Positions 47,673-55,761 of a stretch of DNA of 64,000 nt are shown in pieces. Position numbers and translations under genes: made by a program. A model generated the notes under the pieces. The model had not been told where the DNA came from. It saw only the letters and a program-made list of their open reading frames with translations, and did no database searches. Positions within the stretch are counted from its first letter, which is position 1; the number at the start of each line of letters is the position of its first letter. This DNA comes from an uncultured virus (IMG/VR IMGVR_UViG_3300027798_000023) (taxonomy: Duplodnaviria > Heunggongvirae > Uroviricota > Caudoviricetes). The stretch lies in the IMG/VR virus record IMGVR_UViG_3300027798_000023. One strand, written 5' to 3'.

Positions 47673-47767
47673 ATCGACATAGTATACTATGCCAATGAGC
47701 TGTCAATTACTTAACGTGGTTATGTGCCTTTGCGCCAGTGTTTGACTCAGGATGTATGTGTGATTTG

Positions 47768-48805
47768 CTATTGCCCAACTATGTTGGCTCCTTTTATTTC
47801 AGCGTCTGACTTCTTGTTGTTTTCTTCTTCAAGTTTACGAATTGCAACTTCCGCACGAGATTCTTGGATCATCTTAAATCTGTCTGCATCAGACAATGCG
47901 TCGTAGGCTTTAAGCCCTTCCGCGCCTTTTGCCATTTGGACAAGTAGTCTTCCGTTTGCGTTTGACTCCGGAGTGAGATACTTACCTTTATTCGGATCAG
48001 TGTCATCCACTCCAAGGTCTTCTTCCTCTTTGGCATCCATGAAGCGGTACTCGGACTTAACAAATGAAAGTGCTAAGTCACGGTCTTGCTTCTCTGCAGC
48101 TTTACGTTCTTCCAAATTGTCGGAGTTCTTCTTCTCTTCGATCTTTTTCTTTTCCATGAAGAACCCAACCGCTGTCGGATCTCCGGAGGTTACAATGTCG
48201 TAGTCGTCTTGCGTTTTAACGTAATTCATCGCAGTCCCAATCTCGGTCTTCTGAGCGTATGTTAGCGGCTCAGGACGTTTTGGAAGCTGGTCACGTGCCG
48301 CGTCGATCATCTTTTTAATATCTGGGTTAGCCGATACTACTGCGTTGTTGTTGATCTCAAGCTGGTCAATCTGTCTCAACCTAGCTTCTGGTGTTAGCTT
48401 ATCATCAAACATTGTTTGTTTGATCGAACTAGCAAGACCGCTCTGGTATCCAGCTGCTTTTTTAGCTTGTTCATTTTTGAATCTAGCTTCTTCAATAGCA
48501 AGTTCAGACGTTTTTGCCTGAAGGCTTTTAACTAGCGATGTTTCTTTTTCAGCTTGAAGTGTTGCTCGTTGTTTTCTGACTTCTTCCAACGTGGAAACAA
48601 GACCACGTTCAAGCTGCATCCTCATCTCATTAGACACGTTTCTGTCTTGATCTAAATCTTTAAAGAATTTCTGAGAGATTGCTTGAATCTCTTTGTCAGG
48701 ATTAAACTCTTGAACCGGATCTGGTTCAGGCGCGGGTGCAGGCTCAGGAGTAAACAGTCCTGCGCTACCATAATCTTCCATTACGTTGTATTTGTCTTGA
48801 GCCAT
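47768..48805 (-). CDS. helical putative internal virion/ejection protein
   Basis: 345 aa charged coiled coil. Confidence 0.6.
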   Translation of the reverse strand: MAQDKYNVMEDYGSAGLFTPEPAPAPEPDPVQEFNPDKEIQAISQKFFKDLDQDRNVSNEMRMQLERGLVSTLEEVRKQRATLQAEKETSLVKSLQAKTSELAIEEARFKNEQAKKAAGYQSGLASSIKQTMFDDKLTPEARLRQIDQLEINNNAVVSANPDIKKMIDAARDQLPKRPEPLTYAQKTEIGTAMNYVKTQDDYDIVTSGDPTAVGFFMEKKKIEEKKNSDNLEERKAAEKQDRDLALSFVKSEYRFMDAKEEEDLGVDDTDPNKGKYLTPESNANGRLLVQMAKGAEGLKAYDALSDADRFKMIQESRAEVAIRKLEEENNKKSDAEIKGANIVGQ

Positions 48806-48810
48806 ATGAA

Positions 48811-50250
48811 TTATCTCATTGCGTTTCTGCCTATCTCACGAGCACTTTCTCGATCCATCCGCATACTCATTTGTTGTTGAGGAGATTGTTGTTCAGTCCT
48901 GCGTTTCAGTTCCTCTTCCTCACGAGTTTTTTCTTTAGCTACTTGAGCATTCATTTGCTCTTGCGCTTTAGCTACTGCTTGGTCTTGCAAACCTTTTTCT
49001 TTTTCAGCGGCTTGACGTGTGTCCATTTGCTGAATCCGCGATTTCACATCCGATGCTTCTTGAGAGGTTTTTTGAAGACGCTCTTGCGCGGCTATGGTCG
49101 AAGAGTCTAACGGTGCAGCTTGGTCAGGCGTTGGTTTTAACTTCTGAGCTACATTGTATACCCCTTCTCCTATTACCGCTGGTGCGGTTAATGGGTTAAT
49201 CAATCCAAGTGTTCGTGCAGCTATGCCTCCAACCTGACCTGATCCTTCATTGCGAATCGCAGACATCTGCTCTCGATTTGCTATGTTCTGTTGAGCTTGG
49301 GCTATCTTCGCGCCACTTGCTTTTTGAGTATCAGCTAGTTCCTGTTTATTGATCTCTTGCTGCTTCCCTAGTTCTCCAAGTTTGATTGAACCCTCGATCT
49401 CCGCTATGCCAGCTTCTTTCCTGATGTTTGCTGTTCTAGCTGCATCAGCTGCGATCCGTTCGTCCTGACTCTTATTTAAGGCCAAGCGGTCCGCTTCCTT
49501 CTTTTCTCTTTCCATGCGGATGTCGGCTTGTTCCGGCATCTCAGTCTCGCGTGCTGCTTTCTCAAAATCGTTAAGGTAGCTGCCTGCCGTGCCCAGCTGT
49601 TGGTCGCCAAACACTTTATTTGTCTCCGCGTCCATTCCCCCCATTGGGCGAGTGCCACCCATTGGACGAGTGCCACCCATCGCTGGCTGTTGCATGCCAC
49701 CAGTCGCTGGCTTCTGAGCATTACCCATTGACGCTGACTCGGTATCGCCCATCGCTGGACGACGCTCTTTGGCAAGACGCGCTTGCGCAATGTCGTAGCC
49801 TTTGTCGTCTACTCCTAGCTTGGCAGCACGCTGGCGCAGTTCAGCAGCGTCGCCACCTTTCTTCATATCTTCAAAGAGTGCACGACGTTGAGCGATATTC
49901 TGTGCTCTGCTACCAAACGCTCCGGACAAGTTTAACTGCTCGCGTTTATCTGTTTCATTCTTTGCAAAGTTACGTGGCTGACCTACGTTATCATCGGTAC
50001 GAGGCTGACCTACGTTAGCACGCGCTACATCTGTAGCGGCTCTTTGAGCTGCCAAAAGTTTCTCGTAATCTTTTTTCTCCTGTTCAGGGTTGCGTATGTT
50101 GGACTTATCGCCGGGTTTACGCATGCCTTTATGGCCGGGTCGTGCCATCTCACGTGCGTATTCCTTGTCGAGTCTAGCCTGCTTCTTTCCGCCTCTCGGC
50201 GTACGGTAGTTACGCGAAGGGTCCTGATCGTATGAATCTGAAATAGCCAT
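48811..50250 (-). CDS. low-complexity putative internal virion protein
   Basis: 479 aa Q/A/E/K-rich; MGGTRP and NVGQPR repeats; one hydrophobic segment. Confidence 0.6.
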   Translation of the reverse strand: MAISDSYDQDPSRNYRTPRGGKKQARLDKEYAREMARPGHKGMRKPGDKSNIRNPEQEKKDYEKLLAAQRAATDVARANVGQPRTDDNVGQPRNFAKNETDKREQLNLSGAFGSRAQNIAQRRALFEDMKKGGDAAELRQRAAKLGVDDKGYDIAQARLAKERRPAMGDTESASMGNAQKPATGGMQQPAMGGTRPMGGTRPMGGMDAETNKVFGDQQLGTAGSYLNDFEKAARETEMPEQADIRMEREKKEADRLALNKSQDERIAADAARTANIRKEAGIAEIEGSIKLGELGKQQEINKQELADTQKASGAKIAQAQQNIANREQMSAIRNEGSGQVGGIAARTLGLINPLTAPAVIGEGVYNVAQKLKPTPDQAAPLDSSTIAAQERLQKTSQEASDVKSRIQQMDTRQAAEKEKGLQDQAVAKAQEQMNAQVAKEKTREEEELKRRTEQQSPQQQMSMRMDRESAREIGRNAMR

Positions 50251-50293
50251 GACGCGAGATTGGACTCTCTGTCAGCCTATGTCAACCTTCTTC

Positions 50294-50728
50294 TTAGGCA
50301 GTTTCTTCATCCGCTGGAACGGCCTGTTCGGCTGCGGACTCCGCTGCTGCGGCTTGACGTGCTTCGCCAAGTGCCATCATGTCCTCGATGTAACAACCCA
50401 CGACGGCGGACATGCCCTCAAGATGACTGATTACCGAGCCTGCAACTACAAGAGGGTCAACCATCTTCAGCATGCCCCACTTGACAATCACCTCTTTAAA
50501 GTCGGAGACCATCTCGTCGATGTCGTTCTCGCTTTTTATGCGTGCTTGGTGACGAACCTCAAGACCGAACTCCGCAGCAAGTTTACGGTTAAGCTCAAGC
50601 TCCGGAAGTTCTGTGTCGTGCATTGCAATATCGTTCATTTGACCGATCTCTTCGTTCGAGATCTCTGGGAGGAACATATTGCGAGCTGCGGCAAAACGTG
50701 ACACAAGGGGATGTAGTGATGTAATCAT
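50294..50728 (-). CDS. hypothetical protein
   Basis: Own upstream TTGACA promoter. Confidence 0.65.
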   Translation of the reverse strand: MITSLHPLVSRFAAARNMFLPEISNEEIGQMNDIAMHDTELPELELNRKLAAEFGLEVRHQARIKSENDIDEMVSDFKEVIVKWGMLKMVDPLVVAGSVISHLEGMSAVVGCYIEDMMALGEARQAAAAESAAEQAVPADEETA

Positions 50729-50737
50729 GGTGCAGGT

Positions 50738-50820
50738 GTCTTAACTACGTAGCACCCGCGTGTCAATACCCCAATTTGCTTATTTCTTGGTTTGACACTC
50801 TATGGTTTGCGTTGTATGAC
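50738..50820. promoter_or_regulatory. divergent promoter pair
   Basis: Minus TTGACA-17-TAAGAC; plus TTGACA-17-TATGAC. Confidence 0.55.
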
Positions 50821-50829
50821 TCCACCACC

Positions 50830-51243
50830 ATGAGCATTAAGCCAAAAGCATTAAGCGTCATCGAACGCATTAAACAACAGAACGGCGTATCCGAGACCGA
50901 GGTCAGAGATGAAAAGTTTGAGAAGGCACAGGCTGCCTTTGAAGACGACAGCGCACCTCCGGCTGAAGAAGCAGCCATCCTCAAGAAATATGGTTTCAAC
51001 TCGATGGACGACATCATCAAGCTGCCCGACGTTCAACCCGAACTTGTAGTAACCCCGATCCCTAATGTTGAGCCTGCAGCTGAGTTAGTCAGCATTGGTT
51101 CGGCGTGGTCTGAATGGTTGAGAAGCAAACAGGCTATGGACATCACCAACCCGCACACGATCAACCTGCAACGGCTTCACGCTGTTCTGCCTGATCGTAT
51201 TGAAGCTGCGTTTAGAGCTGGCTTTGCTGCTGGGCGCGGTTAA
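50830..51243 (+). CDS. hypothetical protein
   Basis: ATG just after the plus-strand promoter. Confidence 0.65.
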   Translation: MSIKPKALSVIERIKQQNGVSETEVRDEKFEKAQAAFEDDSAPPAEEAAILKKYGFNSMDDIIKLPDVQPELVVTPIPNVEPAAELVSIGSAWSEWLRSKQAMDITNPHTINLQRLHAVLPDRIEAAFRAGFAAGRG

Positions 51244-51255
51244 GCGTCCGGTGCT

Positions 51256-51471
51256 TCATGCCTTGCTGCCGATCTTATTGAACACCCTACGCAGGATGTA
51301 ACTGCGAACTATTGAGATCAGTGTGAACCACAGTCCGATGATAAAGTTCTGGTGCATTGGGATGTGGATGTCAAAGAACGGGAAGATGGCTACTTGACTT
51401 CCCACTGCCACGAGGTATCCGATCAGGACATTGACGAGGCTTTCGATTGCGCTGTGTTTGCGTGACTGCAT
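51256..51471 (-). CDS. small two-TM phage membrane protein
   Basis: MQSRKHSAIES..NV.IG...S.VRSY..RR.FN, a widespread phage family. Confidence 0.8.
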   Translation of the reverse strand: MQSRKHSAIESLVNVLIGYLVAVGSQVAIFPFFDIHIPMHQNFIIGLWFTLISIVRSYILRRVFNKIGSKA

Positions 51472-51472
51472 G

Positions 51473-51811
51473 CTACTTGATTACCTCCGGTTTAACGACT
51501 TCACGATCTAATACCTCGTTGGCATCCGCGTCCATGATGATGCAAGCACTGGCTGCAACGTGAGCGATGTGCGGTTTACCACTCTCAGGGTCTAACCACT
51601 CGCCACGGTGTATCGCTGCAATGTGTCGCTTCATGGCACTTACGTAAGTCGCCATCTCGACTCCTGTAATCCTCCAGTTCCAAGCTCCGTATTTATCTGC
51701 GCCTGACTTCAACACCTGACAGATTAACTCCTCAGCGACAGGCGGCATAAGAACAAGCTGCGGCTTCACTGATCCGGCGATCTTCTTAACATCCGAAAGC
51801 TCTTCGTTCAT
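51473..51811 (-). CDS. dATP/dGTP diphosphohydrolase domain protein (DUF5664-like)
   Basis: K....L.P, GA.KYG.WNWR, A..RH, GE..DPESG.PH.AH. Confidence 0.85.
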   Translation of the reverse strand: MNEELSDVKKIAGSVKPQLVLMPPVAEELICQVLKSGADKYGAWNWRITGVEMATYVSAMKRHIAAIHRGEWLDPESGKPHIAHVAASACIIMDADANEVLDREVVKPEVIK

Positions 51812-52032
51812 GCGCCCTCCTTATCTAGCTTTTCAACTATGGCTTGGCAGATGATGTCCTTGAGCTTGCGCTTCTCGTGCTTGGCATAAGATACCAAACG
51901 GTCGTGCAAAGGTAGACCCAAGTCAACTGAGGTTCGTCCCTTACCAGTGGTGTGCTGGTCAAACGGTTTAGATGCAAATGTATTGCCTATCTTGTAACGG
52001 TTCTTATCGTCCGTCAGGTAAGTATCATTCAT
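51808..52032 (-). CDS. ribbon-helix-helix DNA-binding protein
   Basis: RTSVDLGLPLHDRLVSYAKHEKRKLKDIICQAIVEKL. Confidence 0.75.
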   Translation of the reverse strand: MNDTYLTDDKNRYKIGNTFASKPFDQHTTGKGRTSVDLGLPLHDRLVSYAKHEKRKLKDIICQAIVEKLDKEGA

Positions 52033-52145
52033 GGTGCTATTGTTGTATTTTAAAACTAACTTAAAATCAATTTGTTTTTTACGTTATTTTCTACTCCTAT
52101 TTAAATGCTTCATGGTATTAACGCTTTGGTAATGTTTGGGGATGA

Positions 52146-52241
52146 TTTGGGTCTTTGGGTCTTTGGGTCTTTGGGTCTTTGGGTCTTTGGGTCTTTGGGT
52201 CTTTGGGTCTTTGGGTCTTTGGGTCTTTGGGTCTTTGGGTC
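52146..52241. repeat. 12 x 8-bp tandem repeat TTTGGGTC
   Basis: Perfect copies, non-coding. Confidence 0.97.
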
Positions 52242-52485
52242 TTTATGGAAAATGGCGAAAATTTTTTGTATGGGGGCATATATGTATCTACATCGCCCAC
52301 AAAAACCGACCACCCCGTAGCAGCGTCTCCGGCGTTTGTGCGGGTCATGTGCGCCGCTTGGCTGGGGGTTTCCGGTTTTGCCTAGGTTTTGAACAGTAAA
52401 AGGTGCGCCGTCTGCAGGTTTCAGCGATTGATCCGGCTTCTCGAATGTCCGCAATCCCTTATTGCATAAAGGTTTGAGGGTCTCA

Positions 52486-52513
52486 ACTTGTTACAATATG
52501 CATAATGTCAAAT
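52486..52513 (+). other. dif-like (XerC/XerD) recombination site
   Basis: ACTTGTTACAA-TATGCA-TAATGTCAAAT, 11-6-11; right arm has 2 mismatches to TTATGTTAAAT. Confidence 0.65.
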
Positions 52514-52609
52514 CCGCTTAGTCTAGGTTAAGAAACTTAGGCAAGGCTAAGTTTTGAATCATTAGTAAGTTGAGCGGTTTACTAAGGATTGAGGTGGCAA
52601 TCTCTCTTG

Positions 52610-52814
52610 AGGTGCTCCGGCTTAGGTGCTCCGGCTTAGGTGCTCCGGCTTAGGTGCTCCGGCTTAGGTGCTCCGGCTTAGGTGCTCCGGCTTAGGTGCT
52701 CCGGCTTAGGTGCTCCGGTGCTGGAGGTGCTCCGGTGCTGGAGGTGCTCCGGTGCTGGAGGTGCTCCGGTGCTGGAGGTGCTCCGGCTTAGGTGCTCCGG
52801 CTTAGGTGCTCCGG
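52610..52814. repeat. compound tandem array, 14 copies of core AGGTGCTCCGG
   Basis: 7 x 14-bp (core+CTT), 4 x 17-bp (core+TGCTGG), 2 x 14-bp, final bare core. Confidence 0.97.
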
Positions 52815-53474
52815 TCAGATCATGGCGTCGAGTAATGCTTCCAACTTTCCAACCCGCTTTTCAAGTTCAGCAATCACGCCGGACAATTCCCGCCAACTCA
52901 TCCGCTTTTCCAAGGTCTCGCACCTATCCGGAAATTGCACGTTGAGTTTCTCCCGCAGGCTAACCACTTGCGCCGAGTTTTCACGCATGGCGCAAACCAA
53001 ATTCCGAAAAAGCCCCGCTTGCGCCTTGCCAACGTCGCCTTGCCATTTCAGCCACCGCGCCGCTTGCGTATCAGTCAAAGCCCCAGTAAAGCCGGAGGCA
53101 AAATAAACAAGCGCATCTTCCCGCGTATCCAAAGGAAGAGGCGCGACAAAGACAGCACGAGGTGCACAAAAATCGCTTGCTACGTAAACCGAGACCTCTC
53201 CCAAGTTTTTAAACTCCAAGACCTCGCAAGAAATCCTGCGCTGTAATCCGGCAAAGGTGATACGATCCTCTCCATTGACCCTTGCACGCATGCCAAGCCA
53301 ATGCCAAGCCCCCGCCGCGTTTTGGAATACCACCGGAACGCGCCCACTTGTGACCTCTGCAGAATCACGCCATACCACAAGCGACGCGGTGAGACTTGCG
53401 GTCTCACTCAATACCCCGTTGCTAAAGACCAACTTTTCTTTTCTCGTCTCCCTGCCATTGAAATTTGAATGCAT
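52815..53474 (-). CDS. hypothetical protein (219 aa), divergent from the early operon
   Basis: Long ORF with upstream TTGACA at 53503-53508; stop abuts the repeat array. Confidence 0.6.
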   Translation of the reverse strand: MHSNFNGRETRKEKLVFSNGVLSETASLTASLVVWRDSAEVTSGRVPVVFQNAAGAWHWLGMRARVNGEDRITFAGLQRRISCEVLEFKNLGEVSVYVASDFCAPRAVFVAPLPLDTREDALVYFASGFTGALTDTQAARWLKWQGDVGKAQAGLFRNLVCAMRENSAQVVSLREKLNVQFPDRCETLEKRMSWRELSGVIAELEKRVGKLEALLDAMI

Positions 53475-53700
53475 GCCAAACGCTCCGCTTTTCTTTTCTT
53501 TCTGTCAATTTATTATATGTCACCCGTAGAAATAAAAAAAGAAAACAAAGTTAAAATAAACTTGTTTTTGTTTTTTAATTTATAGTGAAACCCCCGCCTT
53601 TCCCCCTCAATCAGAAAAAAAAATGCACCTTGCAACCCTTTATTCCTTAAGGGTTTGCGGCTTTAAACTAATTTTTTCGCATTTATTTAATAAAAAGGTG

Positions 53701-53729
53701 TTGACCGGCATTATTTCATGCTGTAAAAC
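53701..53729 (+). promoter_or_regulatory. early promoter with AT-rich upstream region
   Basis: TTGACC-17-TAAAAC with TG extension; A/T tracts at 53490-53700. Confidence 0.55.
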
Positions 53730-53740
53730 CTCTTCAGCGT

Positions 53741-53926
53741 ATGAATAAAGCAACTAACAAAACAGCAGTGAAAAAAGCAGTAAGAAAACCCATAACAATC
53801 TGGAAAGTGTCCGGCTATGAAGGCAGACTTGAACATTATTTCGGACACAAAAAAGAAGCAGAACGCTTTGTAAAAACCCACGATTTGAAAGAAGCGACTA
53901 TCGCTCCATTTCTCAGCGAATACTAA
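53741..53926 (+). CDS. first early gene, hypothetical
   Basis: ATG 11 bp after the -10 box. Confidence 0.65.
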   Translation: MNKATNKTAVKKAVRKPITIWKVSGYEGRLEHYFGHKKEAERFVKTHDLKEATIAPFLSEY

Positions 53927-53985
53927 ATAATACTTCGAGGTTCAATCCCTCCAACTTCAACCCCACAACCCCACAACCCCAGACC

Positions 53986-54195
53986 ATGAAAACACTTCTC
54001 GAAAACCTCGCCAACCACAACGTCCTTATTCTGTCATCCCATGCCAACGTCCAAGGGAATTTAATCGCCCCAACTTTGCCCGCCCAACCTTGGAGCGTTC
54101 AACTTGGTACGCCGTCGTCAAATGCCGTTATCTGGTTTCAGCCCGAAGACGTCGCCAAAATTGAAAAAGATTCGATTATCAGCTTGAATTTCTAA
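53986..54195 (+). CDS. early hypothetical protein
   Basis: Leader repeat before ATG. Confidence 0.7.
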   Translation: MKTLLENLANHNVLILSSHANVQGNLIAPTLPAQPWSVQLGTPSSNAVIWFQPEDVAKIEKDSIISLNF

Positions 54196-54214
54196 CACCC
54201 CACAACCCCAGACC

Positions 54215-54610
54215 ATGAAAACAAAACGCCAACCCACAGCCGCACAGCGCGAAGCCGCCAAAGCACGCCGCGCCACTATGTCAACCCTAGCCGCTAGGGT
54301 CTCCGCCATGTCCGACGCCGAACGCGCCGCACTTGTCCCGCTTGGCATTGCCACGATCCAAGGGCGCACCCTCAGCATGCACAATTCCGCGTTAATCATT
54401 ATGCAACGCTCGACGGCGTCAATCGTTGGAGGTTTTGCCCAATGGCGCGAAGCCGGACGCGCGGTGCGTAAAGGTGAGAAAGCTCTTTCTTGCTGGTATC
54501 CATGCCAGACCAAGACCACCGACGCCGCAACCGGAAACCCGGAAACCCGCCCAGGCTTTCGCCTTGGTAGCGTGTTCGACATTTCCCAGACCGACGCAAT
54601 CCCGCTTTAA
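54215..54610 (+). CDS. ArdC-like N-terminal ssDNA-binding domain protein
   Basis: S..N..L...Q....VGGFAQW...GR.VRKGEKA...VFDISQT. Confidence 0.85.
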   Translation: MKTKRQPTAAQREAAKARRATMSTLAARVSAMSDAERAALVPLGIATIQGRTLSMHNSALIIMQRSTASIVGGFAQWREAGRAVRKGEKALSCWYPCQTKTTDAATGNPETRPGFRLGSVFDISQTDAIPL

Positions 54611-54632
54611 TCTCACCCCACAACCCCAGACC

Positions 54633-54878
54633 ATGACAACCACCTCACAACCCTGCAGCCGCGTATCCGTGCGCGAAATCATTTCAACGCCCAATTGGAC
54701 AGGCTTAACGCTTGCCCAGCTTGTGGACGCCGGACGCATTGACCCTACCGACGCGCCAACAATCACCCAATGGGTGAAAGCCACGCTTGGAGACCCTCGC
54801 ACCCTCGACGAGTTGCACAACCAACGCGCACTTGCCCAAGAAGTCATTTCAACCCTCACCCCACAACCCCACGCATGA
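54633..54878 (+). CDS. early hypothetical protein
   Basis: Leader repeat before ATG 54633. Confidence 0.65.
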   Translation: MTTTSQPCSRVSVREIISTPNWTGLTLAQLVDAGRIDPTDAPTITQWVKATLGDPRTLDELHNQRALAQEVISTLTPQPHA

Positions 54879-55051
54879 GACCCTATAACGAATATCTTGA
54901 AGCCGTCACCGCTTACATCCGGAAACACGGCGAAACCAACGAGACCATAGACCGCCTCGAAACCATGCTTCCCCCCGCTTGGTTTGCCGAGCTTGTCACC
55001 GAAGCCACCGAAGCCCTTAACCTCGAAACCCTCAGCACCTCCAACCCATGA
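54875..55051 (+). CDS. early hypothetical protein
   Basis: ATGA overlap; leader motif inside the previous gene end. Confidence 0.65.
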   Translation: MRPYNEYLEAVTAYIRKHGETNETIDRLETMLPPAWFAELVTEATEALNLETLSTSNP

Positions 55052-55167
55052 GAATCATTAAACCAATCCTTGGAACAATCGCCGCAATCGCGCTTATCGT
55101 CGCGCCTGCGTATTATGAAAACAAAATCGTGCCCATCATTGAGGCATTCATCCGCGCCCATTTCTAA
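55048..55167 (+). CDS. 39-aa membrane peptide
   Basis: MRIIKPILGTIAAIALIVAPAYYENKIVPIIEAFIRAHF; ATGA overlap. Confidence 0.55.
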   Translation: MRIIKPILGTIAAIALIVAPAYYENKIVPIIEAFIRAHF

Positions 55168-55198
55168 CCAACACCCCAACACCCCAACACCCCAAACC

Positions 55199-55456
55199 AT
55201 GAACAGCAAGACCCATTACACCGTCACCGTTGGAAATATCGGGACAGTTTACGAAGGAACATCCGGCAGAAAAGCCGCAGAGTGTTTTGACGAATACCGC
55301 GCCCAATCGCAAGACAACTACGGACGCGCCGCAGGTGAACCCGTCACGATATGGAAAGACGGCGAACCTTGGAGAGAACACGCCGGAGCAGATTTAGAAA
55401 CTTATGATTTTTATGGAGTAAATACCACCAACTCATTCAACACCTCGAAACCATAA
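55199..55456 (+). CDS. early hypothetical protein (VGNIGTVY..GRA.GE.V family)
   Basis: Leader repeat before ATG. Confidence 0.7.
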   Translation: MNSKTHYTVTVGNIGTVYEGTSGRKAAECFDEYRAQSQDNYGRAAGEPVTIWKDGEPWREHAGADLETYDFYGVNTTNSFNTSKP

Positions 55457-55493
55457 CCAACCAACACCCCACAACACCCCAACACCCCAAACC

Positions 55494-55706
55494 ATGACAA
55501 CCAAACAACCAAAGCCGTTTCAACAATCCGATAGCGAAACCAGCAAAAACGCAATCATTGCAAACTTTATCGCATGGAAAACCCACGGAGATTCCGGAGC
55601 GCGTGACAGATTCCGGTCTGCTTTGATGGGACGACTTGTAAAACGATTTGGAACGCGTCGAATCCGCCGCTTTTCCGACATCGTCGCCAAACTCTCCACC
55701 AAATAA
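55494..55706 (+). CDS. early basic hypothetical protein
   Basis: Leader repeat before ATG. Confidence 0.6.
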   Translation: MTTKQPKPFQQSDSETSKNAIIANFIAWKTHGDSGARDRFRSALMGRLVKRFGTRRIRRFSDIVAKLSTK

Positions 55707-55761
55707 CCAACACCCCAACACCCCAACACCCCAACACCCCAACACCCCAACACCCCAAACC

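Noticed and set aside
47637..47714. 25-aa plus-strand ORF MIHGELLL...
   Set aside because: Promoter orientation and G-U pairing favour a minus-strand RNA; not fully excluded.
3191..50701. Many short ORFs antisense or out of frame within long genes
   Set aside because: Shadow ORFs of well-supported CDSs, with no motifs or initiation signals.
51473..51811. Z-genome (2-aminoadenine) pathway
   Set aside because: Only a diphosphohydrolase domain; no PurZ seen in the window.
52146..52814. CRISPR array
   Set aside because: Repeats are contiguous with no unique spacers; no cas operon (DUF2800 is a replication-module nuclease).
52105..53106. ORFs such as (LGLWVFGS)n, (KDPKTQRP)n and LRCSG repeats
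   Set aside because: Translations of non-coding tandem repeats that are open in several frames.
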